64,000 nucleotides of DNA from an uncultured Anaerolineaceae bacterium (GCA_964536465.1 CAZHXQ010000001.1:6913-70912), one strand, 5' to 3'; shown: positions 46,421 to 56,248, numbered from the stretch's first letter. The notes: generated by a model from the sequence alone, not told the origin. Program-made: numbers and translations.

Positions 46421-48043
46421 ATGAATCCAACCAGTTTGCTTCGGCGCGCAGCTAACCGGCTAATGCGGAAAGCAGTTCAGCGAAAAAATGACGCGGTCCT
46501 GCGAACCATGGCGCGCCAGGTGCTCGAGAATACACCGGCAAGCGATCAGAAGCCCATTATTTTTTTTGATGCCTCAACGCGACTTAGTGGGTTGAGCCTG
46601 AACGCCGGCTTTGCCATCCTGAGCGCATGGTCATTGAGCCTGCAGGGTGTACCCATTATTCATTTCGTTTGTAGGGCTGGTTTGAGACCTTGTGTCCTGG
46701 GCACAAACCGGACAGACCCTGATGCTGCCCCGCCTTGTGCTGAATGCCTGAGGCAGTCAGAAGCAATCTTTTCGGACAGCCAGGTCAGATATTTTGATTT
46801 CCGAGAGGATCATGACCTGGCGGCGAAACTTGCGGGTCTGTCTCTGGATGAGTTGATGTCATTTGACTATCAGGGGCTGCCCCTGGGGAAATTGGTTTTG
46901 CCATCGATTCGTTGGATCTTGCGACGGCACCACTTGACGGAAGAACCGTACACCTTAAAGTTGTATAAAAACTACCTGAAGTCGGCCTGGTCGCTGGCAG
47001 GTCAATTTGAACTGCTGCTTAACCAGAGCCAGCCACAGGCTGTGGTGGTCTTCAATGGGATGCAGTATCCGGAAGCCACTGCCAGGTGGATCGCCCTCCA
47101 ACGGGGTATTCGCGTCGTCAGCCACGAGGTTGGCATGCAGCCGCTGAGCGCTTACTTCACAGATGGAGACGCCACTGCCTATGACCTGGACATTCCGGGG
47201 GGATTTCAACTCAACCAAAGCCAAAATCGAAAACTGGACGCTTACCTGAGCGCACGGTTTAAAGGTGACTTTCATATGGCGGGTGTGCAGTTCTGGCCTG
47301 AAATGAGCCAGCTCAGCCCAGAATTCCTCGAGTTTGCCGGGCGCTTCAAACAGATGGTTCCGCTTTTTACAAACGTAATTTTTGATACCAGCCAACCCCA
47401 TGCCAATGTCATTTTTGATGATATGTTTAGCTGGTTGGATGAGGTATTAGAGATTGTTAAAAAACATCCGGATACACTTTTTGTTATCCGCGCCCACCCC
47501 GATGAAGCTCGAGCCGGAAAGGCCAGCGAAGAGTCTGTAGCGCAATGGGCTAAGGACCGTCAAATCGGCATGATTGCGAACCTGCGCTTTGTACCTCCCC
47601 AGGAGTTTATCAACTCCTATGATCTGATTCGGATGGCGAAATTTGTTCTGATCTACAATTCCACCATCGGTATGGAGGCATCCATCCTGGGGGCAGGTGT
47701 GCTCTCTGCTGGTAAAGCCCGCTACAGCTCCTCAGGGGTGGTCTGGTTTCCTCAAGACAAGCCAGCCTACTTTGCAAAGCTGGAAGAATTGCTCCACACC
47801 GGTGTAGTGGAAGTCCCTGCGCACTTTAAATTGAATGCACGGCGCTTCCTCTATTGGCAGCTCTATCACTCCTCATTAGGTTTTGAGGATTACCTTGAGC
47901 CAGATGGCGTGTGGGCGGGGTATGTGAAGCTGAAAAATTTTGATTGGCGAAGCCTCTTGCCAGCGCACTCTGCCACCATGGCGACCATCAGCGATGGCCT
48001 TTTGCGCCATGGAGACTTTATGCTCAAGGAGGGTCGAGAATGA
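46421..48043 (+). CDS. KpsC/KpsS-like (Capsule_synth-type) putative ulosonic-acid transferase, paralog 2
   Basis: 540 aa. VIRAHPDE ... VLIYNSTIGMEASILGAGV is the same motif pair as in 30359..32014. A Cys-rich insert is present (CRAGLRPC...CAEC). Confidence 0.55.
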   Translation: MNPTSLLRRAANRLMRKAVQRKNDAVLRTMARQVLENTPASDQKPIIFFDASTRLSGLSLNAGFAILSAWSLSLQGVPIIHFVCRAGLRPCVLGTNRTDPDAAPPCAECLRQSEAIFSDSQVRYFDFREDHDLAAKLAGLSLDELMSFDYQGLPLGKLVLPSIRWILRRHHLTEEPYTLKLYKNYLKSAWSLAGQFELLLNQSQPQAVVVFNGMQYPEATARWIALQRGIRVVSHEVGMQPLSAYFTDGDATAYDLDIPGGFQLNQSQNRKLDAYLSARFKGDFHMAGVQFWPEMSQLSPEFLEFAGRFKQMVPLFTNVIFDTSQPHANVIFDDMFSWLDEVLEIVKKHPDTLFVIRAHPDEARAGKASEESVAQWAKDRQIGMIANLRFVPPQEFINSYDLIRMAKFVLIYNSTIGMEASILGAGVLSAGKARYSSSGVVWFPQDKPAYFAKLEELLHTGVVEVPAHFKLNARRFLYWQLYHSSLGFEDYLEPDGVWAGYVKLKNFDWRSLLPAHSATMATISDGLLRHGDFMLKEGRE

Positions 48044-48720
48044 AACTGGAGAGAATTGTAGCGCTGGTACCGATGCGTCATGATTCCAAGCGCGTGCCCG
48101 GAAAGAACTATCGGTCGATGTGTGGAAAGCCACTTTATGCTCATATCATCAAGACGCTGCTCAACTGCCCCGAGATCGCTGAGGTGGTGGTCGATACCGA
48201 TTCGCCCACGATCATCGACGGCTTAGCCAGGGATTACCCCCAGGTAAAGGTATTGCTGCGGCCGGAAGAATTACGCCCTGATACTACCCCCACAAACGAG
48301 ATTCTGCTATACGATACCGCCAAGGTGCCAGCCGACCTCTATCTGCAGACCCATTCAACCAATCCGCTGCTGAAGGCTGAAACGGTTTCCAGAGCTATTA
48401 TTCAACTTCGAAATCTATACCCTGAATATGACAGCCTATTCAGCGTTACACGCCTGCAGACACGCCTCTGGGATCAACTTGGCAGAGCCATCAATCACAA
48501 TCCGGCCGTCCTGCTGCGTACGCAAGATCTACCACCAATCTATGAAGAGAACTCTTGTTTGTATCTTTTCACAAGAGAGACGCTGCTTACTCATCGTAAC
48601 CGCATCGGCGAACGCCCATTTATGTTCGAGATGGATGCTCATGAGTCTACAGATATCGATGAAGAACTCGATTTTGTTATCGCTGAAATTTTGATGGAAA
48701 GACAAAAATCTACGAGGTAA
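48040..48720 (+). CDS. Acylneuraminate cytidylyltransferase-family protein (third CTP_transf_3 member)
   Basis: Start at ATG 48040 (ATGA overlap). VALVPMRHDSKRVPGKNYR, VVVDTDS and LQTHSTNPL. 226 aa. Confidence 0.75.
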   Translation: MKLERIVALVPMRHDSKRVPGKNYRSMCGKPLYAHIIKTLLNCPEIAEVVVDTDSPTIIDGLARDYPQVKVLLRPEELRPDTTPTNEILLYDTAKVPADLYLQTHSTNPLLKAETVSRAIIQLRNLYPEYDSLFSVTRLQTRLWDQLGRAINHNPAVLLRTQDLPPIYEENSCLYLFTRETLLTHRNRIGERPFMFEMDAHESTDIDEELDFVIAEILMERQKSTR

Positions 48721-48721
48721 T

Positions 48722-49702
48722 ATGAAAACCGTATTAATCACTGCCCCTTACATCCAACCCTCTATGCACCGCTTCACCCCCATTCTTGAGGCTTTTGGTC
48801 TGAACGTGATCATTCCAGAAGTAAATGAGAGGCTGGAAGTTGAGGAAATCATGCGATACGCAGGTCAGTTTGAAGGAACTATTTGTGGCGATGACCGCTA
48901 TACGGCGGAAGTTATCGCCGCCTGCTCGCCCCAACTCAAAGTTTTGTCTAAATGGGGCACCGGCATTGATGCGATGGACCAGGAAGCCGCCGAAAAGTAT
49001 GCCGTCAAAATTTTCCGCACACCAAACGCCTTCACGGTGCCTGTTTCTGAAAGCGTTATCGGAAGTATGCTCTGCTTTGCTCGCAACATACCTTGGATGG
49101 ACACGGCAATGAAGGCAGGTGAATGGAAAAAGATCTCAGGTCATACTTTGCTGGAATCGACCCTGGGTGTGATCGGCGTTGGCAATATTGGCAAGGCTGT
49201 CATTCGCCGGGCCCGCTCGTTTGGCATGAACATTTTGGGTAACGACATTGTTGAAATTGAACCAGATTTCATCATTGAACAAAAAATAGAGATGACCGAC
49301 CTGCAAGATCTGCTTGAACGTTCAGATTACATCAGCCTGAATACCTCCTTGAATCCCAGCTCTTATCATCTGATAAACGAAGAGACGCTCAAACACGTGA
49401 AACCCTCGGCTGTGCTGATTAACACCTGTCGCGGTCCGGTTGTCCACCAGGAGGCCTTGGTGCAGGCCCTCCAGGAAGGGCGTCTGCGGGGTGCCGCGCT
49501 GGATGTCTTTGAAAAAGAGCCTCTTCCTGCTGACAGCCCATTGAAAGAGATGAGCAATGTGCTGCTGTCACCTCACAATACCAACAGCAGCCCTTTCTTT
49601 TGGGAGCGGATTCATTGGAATTCAATCCGCAACCTGCTGATTGGCCTGGACATCCCTGTAGGAGATGTCAATAGTTTAAAGGCAATGGAAAAAACCTCTT
49701 AG
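48722..49702 (+). CDS. D-isomer-specific 2-hydroxyacid dehydrogenase (phosphoglycerate/glycerate dehydrogenase-like)
   Basis: LGVIGVGNIGKAV (GxGxxG), INTCRGPVV, ALDVFEKEP and SPHN. Confidence 0.85.
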   Translation: MKTVLITAPYIQPSMHRFTPILEAFGLNVIIPEVNERLEVEEIMRYAGQFEGTICGDDRYTAEVIAACSPQLKVLSKWGTGIDAMDQEAAEKYAVKIFRTPNAFTVPVSESVIGSMLCFARNIPWMDTAMKAGEWKKISGHTLLESTLGVIGVGNIGKAVIRRARSFGMNILGNDIVEIEPDFIIEQKIEMTDLQDLLERSDYISLNTSLNPSSYHLINEETLKHVKPSAVLINTCRGPVVHQEALVQALQEGRLRGAALDVFEKEPLPADSPLKEMSNVLLSPHNTNSSPFFWERIHWNSIRNLLIGLDIPVGDVNSLKAMEKTS

Positions 49703-49754
49703 ATGTCTTAACTGATATCTGTGTAAGCGGTAGAACTACGAAGTGAGGAATATT

Positions 49755-50519
49755 ATGCCTGAGAAAATGAGAACGGTTCTAATTACTGGCGCAGCAGGTG
49801 GTGTTGGGCAGGCAACGACCGCCTGTTTTGCCCAACTTGGTTTCAGGGTGATAGGGGTCGATCGTCAGCCCTGCTTCGGCGCATTCCCTGAAGACGGTCT
49901 CTACATCCAGGCTGACATTGCCTCGCCCGAAAACCTTGAAAAAGTCTATGAGAAAGCCAGAGGTTTCTCTGAGACCCTGCGAGTGCTGGTTAACAATGCC
50001 GCTTACCAGGTCACAAAGCCGCTCCTTGAGACCAGCCTGGAGGAATGGGACGCGGTCATGGACTCGAATTTGCGTTCGGTCTTCCTGGGTGTCAAGTTGG
50101 CTTACCCCATGCTCAAAGCCGATGGCGGGGGCGCTATCGTTAATGTTTCTTCAGTTCACGCGGTAGCTACGTCAGCCAACATTGCCGCTTACGCTGCCAG
50201 CAAAGGTGGTCTGCTGGCTCTGACCCGAGCCATGGCAATCGAATTTGCACCGGATAACATTCGCGTCAACGCTGTCTTGCCTGGCGCAGTGGACACTCCG
50301 ATGCTGCGGGCGGGTTTTCACCGCGGTCGCCAAAATGAATCGACTGAGGAAGAACAGCTGGCGGCCCTGGCTGCCAAAACCGTCAACGGTCGCGTCGCGC
50401 AACCCAGGGAAATTGCCTCGGTGATCTGCTTCCTGGCCGACAATTCTCGGTCCAGTTTTATCACCGGGCAGGGCTTGCTTGTGGACGGCGGAGCCACCTG
50501 CAGGTTGAGCACGGAGTGA
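49755..50519 (+). CDS. Short-chain dehydrogenase/reductase (SDR)
   Basis: Start at ATG 49755 after a GAGGAA RBS. VLITGAAGGVG, NNAA, SSVHA and YAASKGG. Confidence 0.85.
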   Translation: MPEKMRTVLITGAAGGVGQATTACFAQLGFRVIGVDRQPCFGAFPEDGLYIQADIASPENLEKVYEKARGFSETLRVLVNNAAYQVTKPLLETSLEEWDAVMDSNLRSVFLGVKLAYPMLKADGGGAIVNVSSVHAVATSANIAAYAASKGGLLALTRAMAIEFAPDNIRVNAVLPGAVDTPMLRAGFHRGRQNESTEEEQLAALAAKTVNGRVAQPREIASVICFLADNSRSSFITGQGLLVDGGATCRLSTE

Positions 50520-50528
50520 GTTTTTTAA

Positions 50529-51323
50529 ATGGATAGGTCTCTACAGGATCGTTTCATGAATCTGGCCCGACGTGGCTATGACGGCTTACGCCGTCTGCCC
50601 GAGCTGCCTGCAGCATATCTGCACCCTTGGCGAAGAGAATCAAAACGCCGCCTGACAGCTCTTAAAGATAGCCACGAGGGTGAACGCTGCTTTGTGGTTG
50701 GTAATGGGCCTTCACTAAAAAATACGGATTTATCCAGGCTTGAGGATGAGTTTTGTATCGGCATGAACCGCATCTTTTTAGCCGCGGATGAGTTAGGTTT
50801 TTGTCCGGATATCCTGGTCTGTGTCAATGACCTGGTAGTTGAACAGTCGGTGGCGGAATTCAACAATCTGCAAATGCCAAAATTTTTCTCCTGGCGCGCG
50901 CGTAAGTGGTTGACAATGGACCACTGGACACACTTTATTTACACCACCTACACCTCTCCAAAATTTTCAACAGATGTAACCGGCAGAGTCTGGGAAGGCG
51001 CAACGGTGACCAATGTTTGCCTGCAGCTGGCCTATCACATGGGCTTTAATGAAGTCATCTTGATCGGCGTGGATCACAGTTTCGCCACCAAGGGTCAACC
51101 CAACACCACCATACAGTCTCAGGGGGATGACCCAAACCACTTCTCAACCTCTTATTTCGGCAAAGGCTTCCGCTGGCAATTACCAGACCTTGAGACCTCA
51201 GAGTTGGGCTACCGCATGGCTCGTCGAGCCTATGAAAACGCCGGCCGAAAAATCGTCGATGCTACTATCGGCGGAAAACTGGATATCTTCGAAAAAGTTG
51301 ATTACGACAGCTTGTTTACTTAA
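50529..51323 (+). CDS. DUF115/MptE-like protein related to GT42 sialyltransferases and Maf flagellin nonulosonate transferases
   Basis: CFVVGNGPSLKNTDLSRLEDEFCIGMNRIF parallels the recalled CstII N-terminus (IAGNGPSLKEIDYSRLPNDFDVFRCNQFYF). ILIGVDHSF parallels YLSGIDFY. Confidence 0.6.
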   Translation: MDRSLQDRFMNLARRGYDGLRRLPELPAAYLHPWRRESKRRLTALKDSHEGERCFVVGNGPSLKNTDLSRLEDEFCIGMNRIFLAADELGFCPDILVCVNDLVVEQSVAEFNNLQMPKFFSWRARKWLTMDHWTHFIYTTYTSPKFSTDVTGRVWEGATVTNVCLQLAYHMGFNEVILIGVDHSFATKGQPNTTIQSQGDDPNHFSTSYFGKGFRWQLPDLETSELGYRMARRAYENAGRKIVDATIGGKLDIFEKVDYDSLFT

Positions 51324-51414
51324 AAACCCTCTCAGCGCTGCTGGGGCGTTGGGTTACCCGCCAGATTCCCGAAAGAACAGAAACCCCATTTCAAAGTTCA
51401 TATATAATTTGATC

Positions 51415-52365
51415 ATGACCTCACAACCCTTGGTTTCAATCATCACGCCTTCCTATAACCAGGCAGCCTTCCTTGAGCAGACGATGCTTTCTGTGTTGGA
51501 ACAGGATTATCCCAACATCGAGTACTGGGTGATTGATGGCGGTTCAACCGATGGTAGTGTTGAAATCATCGGGAAATATGCCCATGGGCTGGCGGGCTGG
51601 GTTTCTGAAAAAGATCGCGGTCAGGCGGATGGTGTCAACAAGGGCTTTGCTAAAGCCACGGGCGAAATTGTCGGCTGGTTGAACTCGGACGACCTCTACT
51701 ATTCTGGCGCGGTTTCTGATGCTGTGGAAGCTTTCCGTCAGCACCCCGATGCCAGTTTTGTTTTCAGCGATGTTGAGTCCATCGACGAACTAGGAGAGGG
51801 CTTCAACCTGATACGTTATGGCAATTGGAAGTTGAAAGACCTGATGAGCTTCAAAATCATTGGTCAGCCGGGTGTTTTCATGCGTCGTGAAATTCTCGAA
51901 CAAGCCGGCTACCTTGACCTCAGTTACAACTACCTGCTGGATGTGCAGCTATGGCTCAAGATGGCCGCCATAGCCGAACCACAATATATTCCTGGCAAGG
52001 TTTGGTCGGCAGCCCGCCTGCATTCGCAGGCTAAGAACGCCGCCCAGGCGGTCAATTTCGGGCCAGAAGCCTTCCGTCTGGCCAAATGGCTATGTGAAGA
52101 CGAACGCTTTTACCCCTTGAATTCCCAACTCTTTAATAAAATCTGGGCCGGCGCCCACCGACTAAACGGCTTCTATCTGGTTGAAGCGGGAGATTTCAAG
52201 GCAGCACTCAAAGCCTACCGTCAAATGCTGCGTTATGAGCCGCTCCCAGATGGCAAAACTCTCAGACGCATGGCCTATGCGGGGTTTGCCGCGCTTGGGC
52301 TGCTGCGTTCACGTGCCTGGTACGACCAAAGTCGCAAAGACCGATATACAGGCGGACGCAGATGA
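51415..52365 (+). CDS. Glycosyltransferase family 2
   Basis: Start at ATG 51415. VSIITPSYNQAAFLEQTMLSVLEQDYPNIEYWVIDGGSTDGS and WLNSDD. Confidence 0.8.
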   Translation: MTSQPLVSIITPSYNQAAFLEQTMLSVLEQDYPNIEYWVIDGGSTDGSVEIIGKYAHGLAGWVSEKDRGQADGVNKGFAKATGEIVGWLNSDDLYYSGAVSDAVEAFRQHPDASFVFSDVESIDELGEGFNLIRYGNWKLKDLMSFKIIGQPGVFMRREILEQAGYLDLSYNYLLDVQLWLKMAAIAEPQYIPGKVWSAARLHSQAKNAAQAVNFGPEAFRLAKWLCEDERFYPLNSQLFNKIWAGAHRLNGFYLVEAGDFKAALKAYRQMLRYEPLPDGKTLRRMAYAGFAALGLLRSRAWYDQSRKDRYTGGRR

Positions 52366-53144
52366 ACCCCAAGCCGTTGCCCAAAGTCAGTGTAATCACC
52401 CCGTCTTTTAATCAGGCGCGGTTCCTGGAAGAGACCATGCTCTCCGTGCTGGAACAGGACTACCCAAACATCGAATATATCGTGATCGATGGTGCTTCCA
52501 GTGATGGCAGTCTGGAAATTATTCAGAAATACGCTGACCGCCTGGCATATTGGCAAAGCAGGAAGGACCAGGGGCAGACTGACGCGATCAACCAGGGTTT
52601 CTCCCACGCCACCGGTGAGATTTTCGCCTGGTTGAACTCGGACGATGTGCTCTATCCCGGCGCGGTTAGCGCTGCTGTGCAGCAGCTTGAAGAGCATCCT
52701 GAGATTGGTATGGTCTATGCCGATTGCCATTGGATCAACGCGGAAGGCAAGGTCATCGGCAATTTCCCGGCCGCTCAAACTGATTTGAGAAAACTTCGTC
52801 GTGGCTATGTTCATATTCCTCAACAAACGGCCTTTTTCCGGGCGGAACTATGGAAAAAAGTTGGTCCACTTGATGACAGTTTTTACTTTGCCATGGATTA
52901 TGACCTGTGGACACGCCTGGCAGCCCAGGCGCCTCTTCTGTATGTGCCACAGTTATGGGCTGCTTTTCGCCTGCACCAGGGCGCGAAATCGATTGCCGAG
53001 GATGATCGCTGTTGGCCTGAAATGCTGCGCGTGCACTATCGAGACGGTGGCAAGAAAATCTCGCTTCTGACTGCCAAGTATTGGCTCCGCAGGCTGGTAC
53101 AACCGCTCTGGATCTGGCTGCGCAGACAGCGCATCAGAAATTGA
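52362..53144 (+). CDS. Glycosyltransferase family 2 (tandem paralog)
   Basis: VSVITPSFNQARFLEETMLSVLEQDYPNIEYIVIDGASSDGS and WLNSDD. It overlaps the previous gene by 4 nt and is the last gene of the locus. Confidence 0.8.
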   Translation: MNPKPLPKVSVITPSFNQARFLEETMLSVLEQDYPNIEYIVIDGASSDGSLEIIQKYADRLAYWQSRKDQGQTDAINQGFSHATGEIFAWLNSDDVLYPGAVSAAVQQLEEHPEIGMVYADCHWINAEGKVIGNFPAAQTDLRKLRRGYVHIPQQTAFFRAELWKKVGPLDDSFYFAMDYDLWTRLAAQAPLLYVPQLWAAFRLHQGAKSIAEDDRCWPEMLRVHYRDGGKKISLLTAKYWLRRLVQPLWIWLRRQRIRN

Positions 53145-53161
53145 TTTATCCTAAGAGGCAA

Positions 53162-54058
53162 TTACTTTATGGCGGGTTTAAGGTTGACCAGGACTGTGCC
53201 GATACTGGCAATGACCAGCCCGATCACGCCTGTCCATGTTAATCGCTCTCCCAGGAAAAGCCAGGCAAGGATGCTGATCTGAATCAACATCGTGTTGTTG
53301 ATCATACTGGATTCCATCGCTGTCAGAAACTGAAGGCTTTTGTTCCAGAGCCAAAAGGCAAAAGCGGTGTTGAAGGCTGCCAGTATTATCAGGAGCAACC
53401 ACGACTTAGCGCTTAAAGGTGGTAAGCCCTGGATGCTGATTCCACTGCTCAGTAACAAGATCGCCCCGAAGCCCATGCTTATGCCGGTTACGACGATAGG
53501 GTCCAGGCTTCGCTCTCGGTTGATTCCACGCCCCAACACTGAGGCAAGGGCGTTGGAGAGCACCGTAAAAGTTGCCAGAGCCAGCCCGAACATGCTTTTG
53601 GGCACACTGGTTTGAGGATAGAAATAGATCAACACACCGAACAAAAAGAGTCCCAGCCCGCCCCACTGCAACCTGGTGATGGGCTCCTGCAAAACCACCA
53701 GACCGATGATCGCCACTAACGGAGCAGTAAAATTGAGCATGAGGCTGAGGGTGATTGCATCCAGGTATTTTAATGATAGGAACTGCCCGCCTTGGGTGAA
53801 GGTGTAATAGACTAGGCCAAGCAGCAACAACTGCCCCCACTCTTTTTTAGTCAGCTTTCGGATCGATTGCCGCTTTAGTAATACCCCCGGCAAGAGAAAG
53901 AGGAATGCTATTGAGTAGCGCAAGCCCGCAAATGTCAGCGGTGGGATTTCATTGATAGTCAATTTAATTAACACCCACGAAACTGACCAAAGCAGGGTTA
54001 CGAAAAGCGCTTGAATTATGGCTTTGTTTCGTTGTGACACAGACATAATGATGCCCAT
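53162..54058 (-). CDS. EamA/DMT-family transporter
   Basis: 298 aa with 10 predicted hydrophobic helices arranged as two EamA-like halves. Confidence 0.8.
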   Translation of the reverse strand: MGIIMSVSQRNKAIIQALFVTLLWSVSWVLIKLTINEIPPLTFAGLRYSIAFLFLLPGVLLKRQSIRKLTKKEWGQLLLLGLVYYTFTQGGQFLSLKYLDAITLSLMLNFTAPLVAIIGLVVLQEPITRLQWGGLGLFLFGVLIYFYPQTSVPKSMFGLALATFTVLSNALASVLGRGINRERSLDPIVVTGISMGFGAILLLSSGISIQGLPPLSAKSWLLLIILAAFNTAFAFWLWNKSLQFLTAMESSMINNTMLIQISILAWLFLGERLTWTGVIGLVIASIGTVLVNLKPAIK

Positions 54059-54206
54059 TCCTCCACATAAAAAAAGGCCGAGGTTAACCCCTCCGGCTGG
54101 TATTCAGCGTCAAGATCTCATAGTTGCAACAGCTGGTCTTGCCATGCAGCATACGCCAGATGTTTTGAATTGCCTATGGATTGTATCACTCAGGAAATTT
54201 CCGGGC

Positions 54207-54234
54207 TTGACATGCGGACAATTAGTATTACAAT
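54207..54234 (+). promoter_or_regulatory. Sigma70-type promoter of the arsR-like operon
   Basis: TTGACA (54207-54212), a 16-nt spacer, then TACAAT (54229-54234). Confidence 0.55.
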
Positions 54235-54257
54235 CATATTCAGAATATTGAATATGA
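54234..54257. promoter_or_regulatory. Inverted repeat TCATATTCA-gaatat-TGAATATGA, candidate ArsR/SmtB operator
   Basis: Perfect 9-bp arms starting at the last base of the -10 and covering the arsR-like ATG (54254). It is AT-rich with a TATTCA/TGAATA core, as in ArsR/SmtB 12-2-12 type sites. Confidence 0.5.
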
Positions 54258-54631
54258 ATAACATAACAATTACCACCACTGAAAAAACTGATCCGCGAGT
54301 GCAACTGTTCAAACTCTTCAGTCATCCTGCCCGTCTCGCCATTTTGGAGCTGCTGCGAGATGGGGAGCATTGCGTTTGCCACATCGAAGCCCACTTGGGT
54401 TTACGTCAATCCGCTATCTCTCAACAGTTGGCGCTGCTGCGGGAGGCTGGTCTTGTCTTGGACCGTCGGGACGGTTGGAATGTCTTTTATAGGCTCAACG
54501 ATCCTGATCTCACAAATCTACTTGATGAGGCGGCAGCCCTTACTGGCGCAGGCAGCCCAGAAAAAAAGAATCAGAAAGTAAATTGCGGCTGTCCTCATTG
54601 CGCCTCCAAATTAATCCATAATTCCAATTAA
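54254..54631 (+). CDS. ArsR/SmtB-family metalloregulatory transcription repressor
   Basis: Start at ATG 54254. LFKLFSHPARLAILELLRDGEHCVCHIEAHLGLRQSAISQQLALLREAGLV includes a CVC metal-sensing motif, and a C-terminal CGCPHC is present. Confidence 0.85.
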   Translation: MNNITITTTEKTDPRVQLFKLFSHPARLAILELLRDGEHCVCHIEAHLGLRQSAISQQLALLREAGLVLDRRDGWNVFYRLNDPDLTNLLDEAAALTGAGSPEKKNQKVNCGCPHCASKLIHNSN

Positions 54632-54643
54632 AGGAGCTATCTT

Positions 54644-54880
54644 ATGCTGACTATCAAAATTCTTGGTTCCGGCTGCGCTAATTGCAAAAGGCTTGAACAA
54701 ATTGTCCGGAAGGTAATTGAAAACAATTCCCTTGAAGCGGAAATCGAAAAAGTGACCGACTTCCAGGAAATCACCAAATGGCCGATTCTCTCCACCCCCG
54801 GATTGGTTGTGGATGGTAAGGTGTTATCTTCAGGTCGCATCCCTTCAGAAGCTGAGATCACCGATTGGCTGAGTAGATAG
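54644..54880 (+). CDS. Small thioredoxin-fold redox-active disulfide protein
   Basis: 78 aa. MLTIKILGSGCANCKRL carries the CxxC motif. The gene sits in the usual context between arsR and a permease. Confidence 0.75.
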   Translation: MLTIKILGSGCANCKRLEQIVRKVIENNSLEAEIEKVTDFQEITKWPILSTPGLVVDGKVLSSGRIPSEAEITDWLSR

Positions 54881-54891
54881 AGAGATGATTA

Positions 54892-56226
54892 ATGGCTGAA
54901 GCGATCTCTTATATCAGCAATTTACTCTTATCCGGCTGGTCGAGTTTGTTGGATTATTTGGCCGCGCATGTTTTGCTCTGCCTTGTGCCCGCCTTCGTAA
55001 TCGCCGGTTTTATGAGCTCGATGATACCTAAAGAGACGATCACGCGTTATCTTGGGCCAAAGGCATCGAAATGGATCAGTTATCCAGCTTCCGCGCTTGG
55101 TGGATTTATCCTGGCGGTTTGTTCCTGTACGATATTGCCTCTCTTTGCGGGTATCTGGAAGCGGGGCGCGGGGCTTGGGCCGGCAATTACTTTTCTGTTT
55201 GTCGGTCCGGCAGTCAACATCTTGGCGATAACCTACACGGGTGCTACCATCGGCATGGATATTGCCATCGCTCGGTTAGTGCTCTCGATTTTGTTTGGCA
55301 TTGTGATCGGTCTGATCATGGCCTGGGTCTTTCGTAAGGAAGAGAGCGTTCGCGAGACCGAGATGGAAGCGAACGGTCTCTTTAACGAAACCGTAAGAGT
55401 TAAACCTGCTGTGTGGGTACTTTTCCTTCTGTTGGTTTCTGTGCTGATTGTGGGCACATTACAGGTCGACATTTTTACAAACGTGTACGCCCACATCAAG
55501 GCACCTTCAGGTTGGTCGGGCGGGGTAGGCTCCTTTTTGTCGGGCATGGATCTGACACTTCAAGGCGCTGTCCTGATTCTGATGCTTGTGGTTATTGGCA
55601 TTACTTCGTGGAAGGGATTCGAAAAGATCTTTGATGGTTTTACCGGATGGACTTACGCTGCTTTGGCTTTTATTGCGCTCACCATCCTGATTGCCGCCCC
55701 ATCGGAAGAAGCGGGCTCTTTGGTTATCGGGATTAATGGTCGTCTCATTGGCGAGCTTGTCCTTCTCACAGCAATCGCCATTATCGCCAGCCGTTCTTTC
55801 AGCAAGGACGAACTCAGCGGCTGGATTTGGGAGACCTGGAAATTTGTCAAACAGATCTTCCCACTGCTGATAGTTGGCGTTTTTGCTGCTGGCATCGTTA
55901 AGGTAATCATCCCCGAAACCTGGGTTCGCACTATAGCAGGGCAAAACACCATTTGGGCAAACCTGGTGGGTGTTTTGTTTGGCGTGTTTATGTACTTCCC
56001 CACCCTTGTCGAGGTGCCCATCGCAAAAATGTTCCTGGACCTCGGTATGGCACGGGGACCGCTGTTGGCCTACCTGCTGGCAGACCCGGAGCTTTCGTTG
56101 CAGTCCATTCTGGTACTTAACGGTGTGATGGGGAAGAAAAAAACAGCCGTGTATGTCTCTTTGGTTGCCGTTTTCAGCACCTTGGCAGGTTACCTCTTTG
56201 GACTTTTTCTGACATTGTTTGCTTAA
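54892..56226 (+). CDS. Permease (UPF0718/ArsP-like family)
   Basis: 444 aa and polytopic. The CSCTILPLF motif is typical of this permease family. Confidence 0.75.
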   Translation: MAEAISYISNLLLSGWSSLLDYLAAHVLLCLVPAFVIAGFMSSMIPKETITRYLGPKASKWISYPASALGGFILAVCSCTILPLFAGIWKRGAGLGPAITFLFVGPAVNILAITYTGATIGMDIAIARLVLSILFGIVIGLIMAWVFRKEESVRETEMEANGLFNETVRVKPAVWVLFLLLVSVLIVGTLQVDIFTNVYAHIKAPSGWSGGVGSFLSGMDLTLQGAVLILMLVVIGITSWKGFEKIFDGFTGWTYAALAFIALTILIAAPSEEAGSLVIGINGRLIGELVLLTAIAIIASRSFSKDELSGWIWETWKFVKQIFPLLIVGVFAAGIVKVIIPETWVRTIAGQNTIWANLVGVLFGVFMYFPTLVEVPIAKMFLDLGMARGPLLAYLLADPELSLQSILVLNGVMGKKKTAVYVSLVAVFSTLAGYLFGLFLTLFA

Positions 56227-56248
56227 CTTTCAGATCCATTTAAACTCG

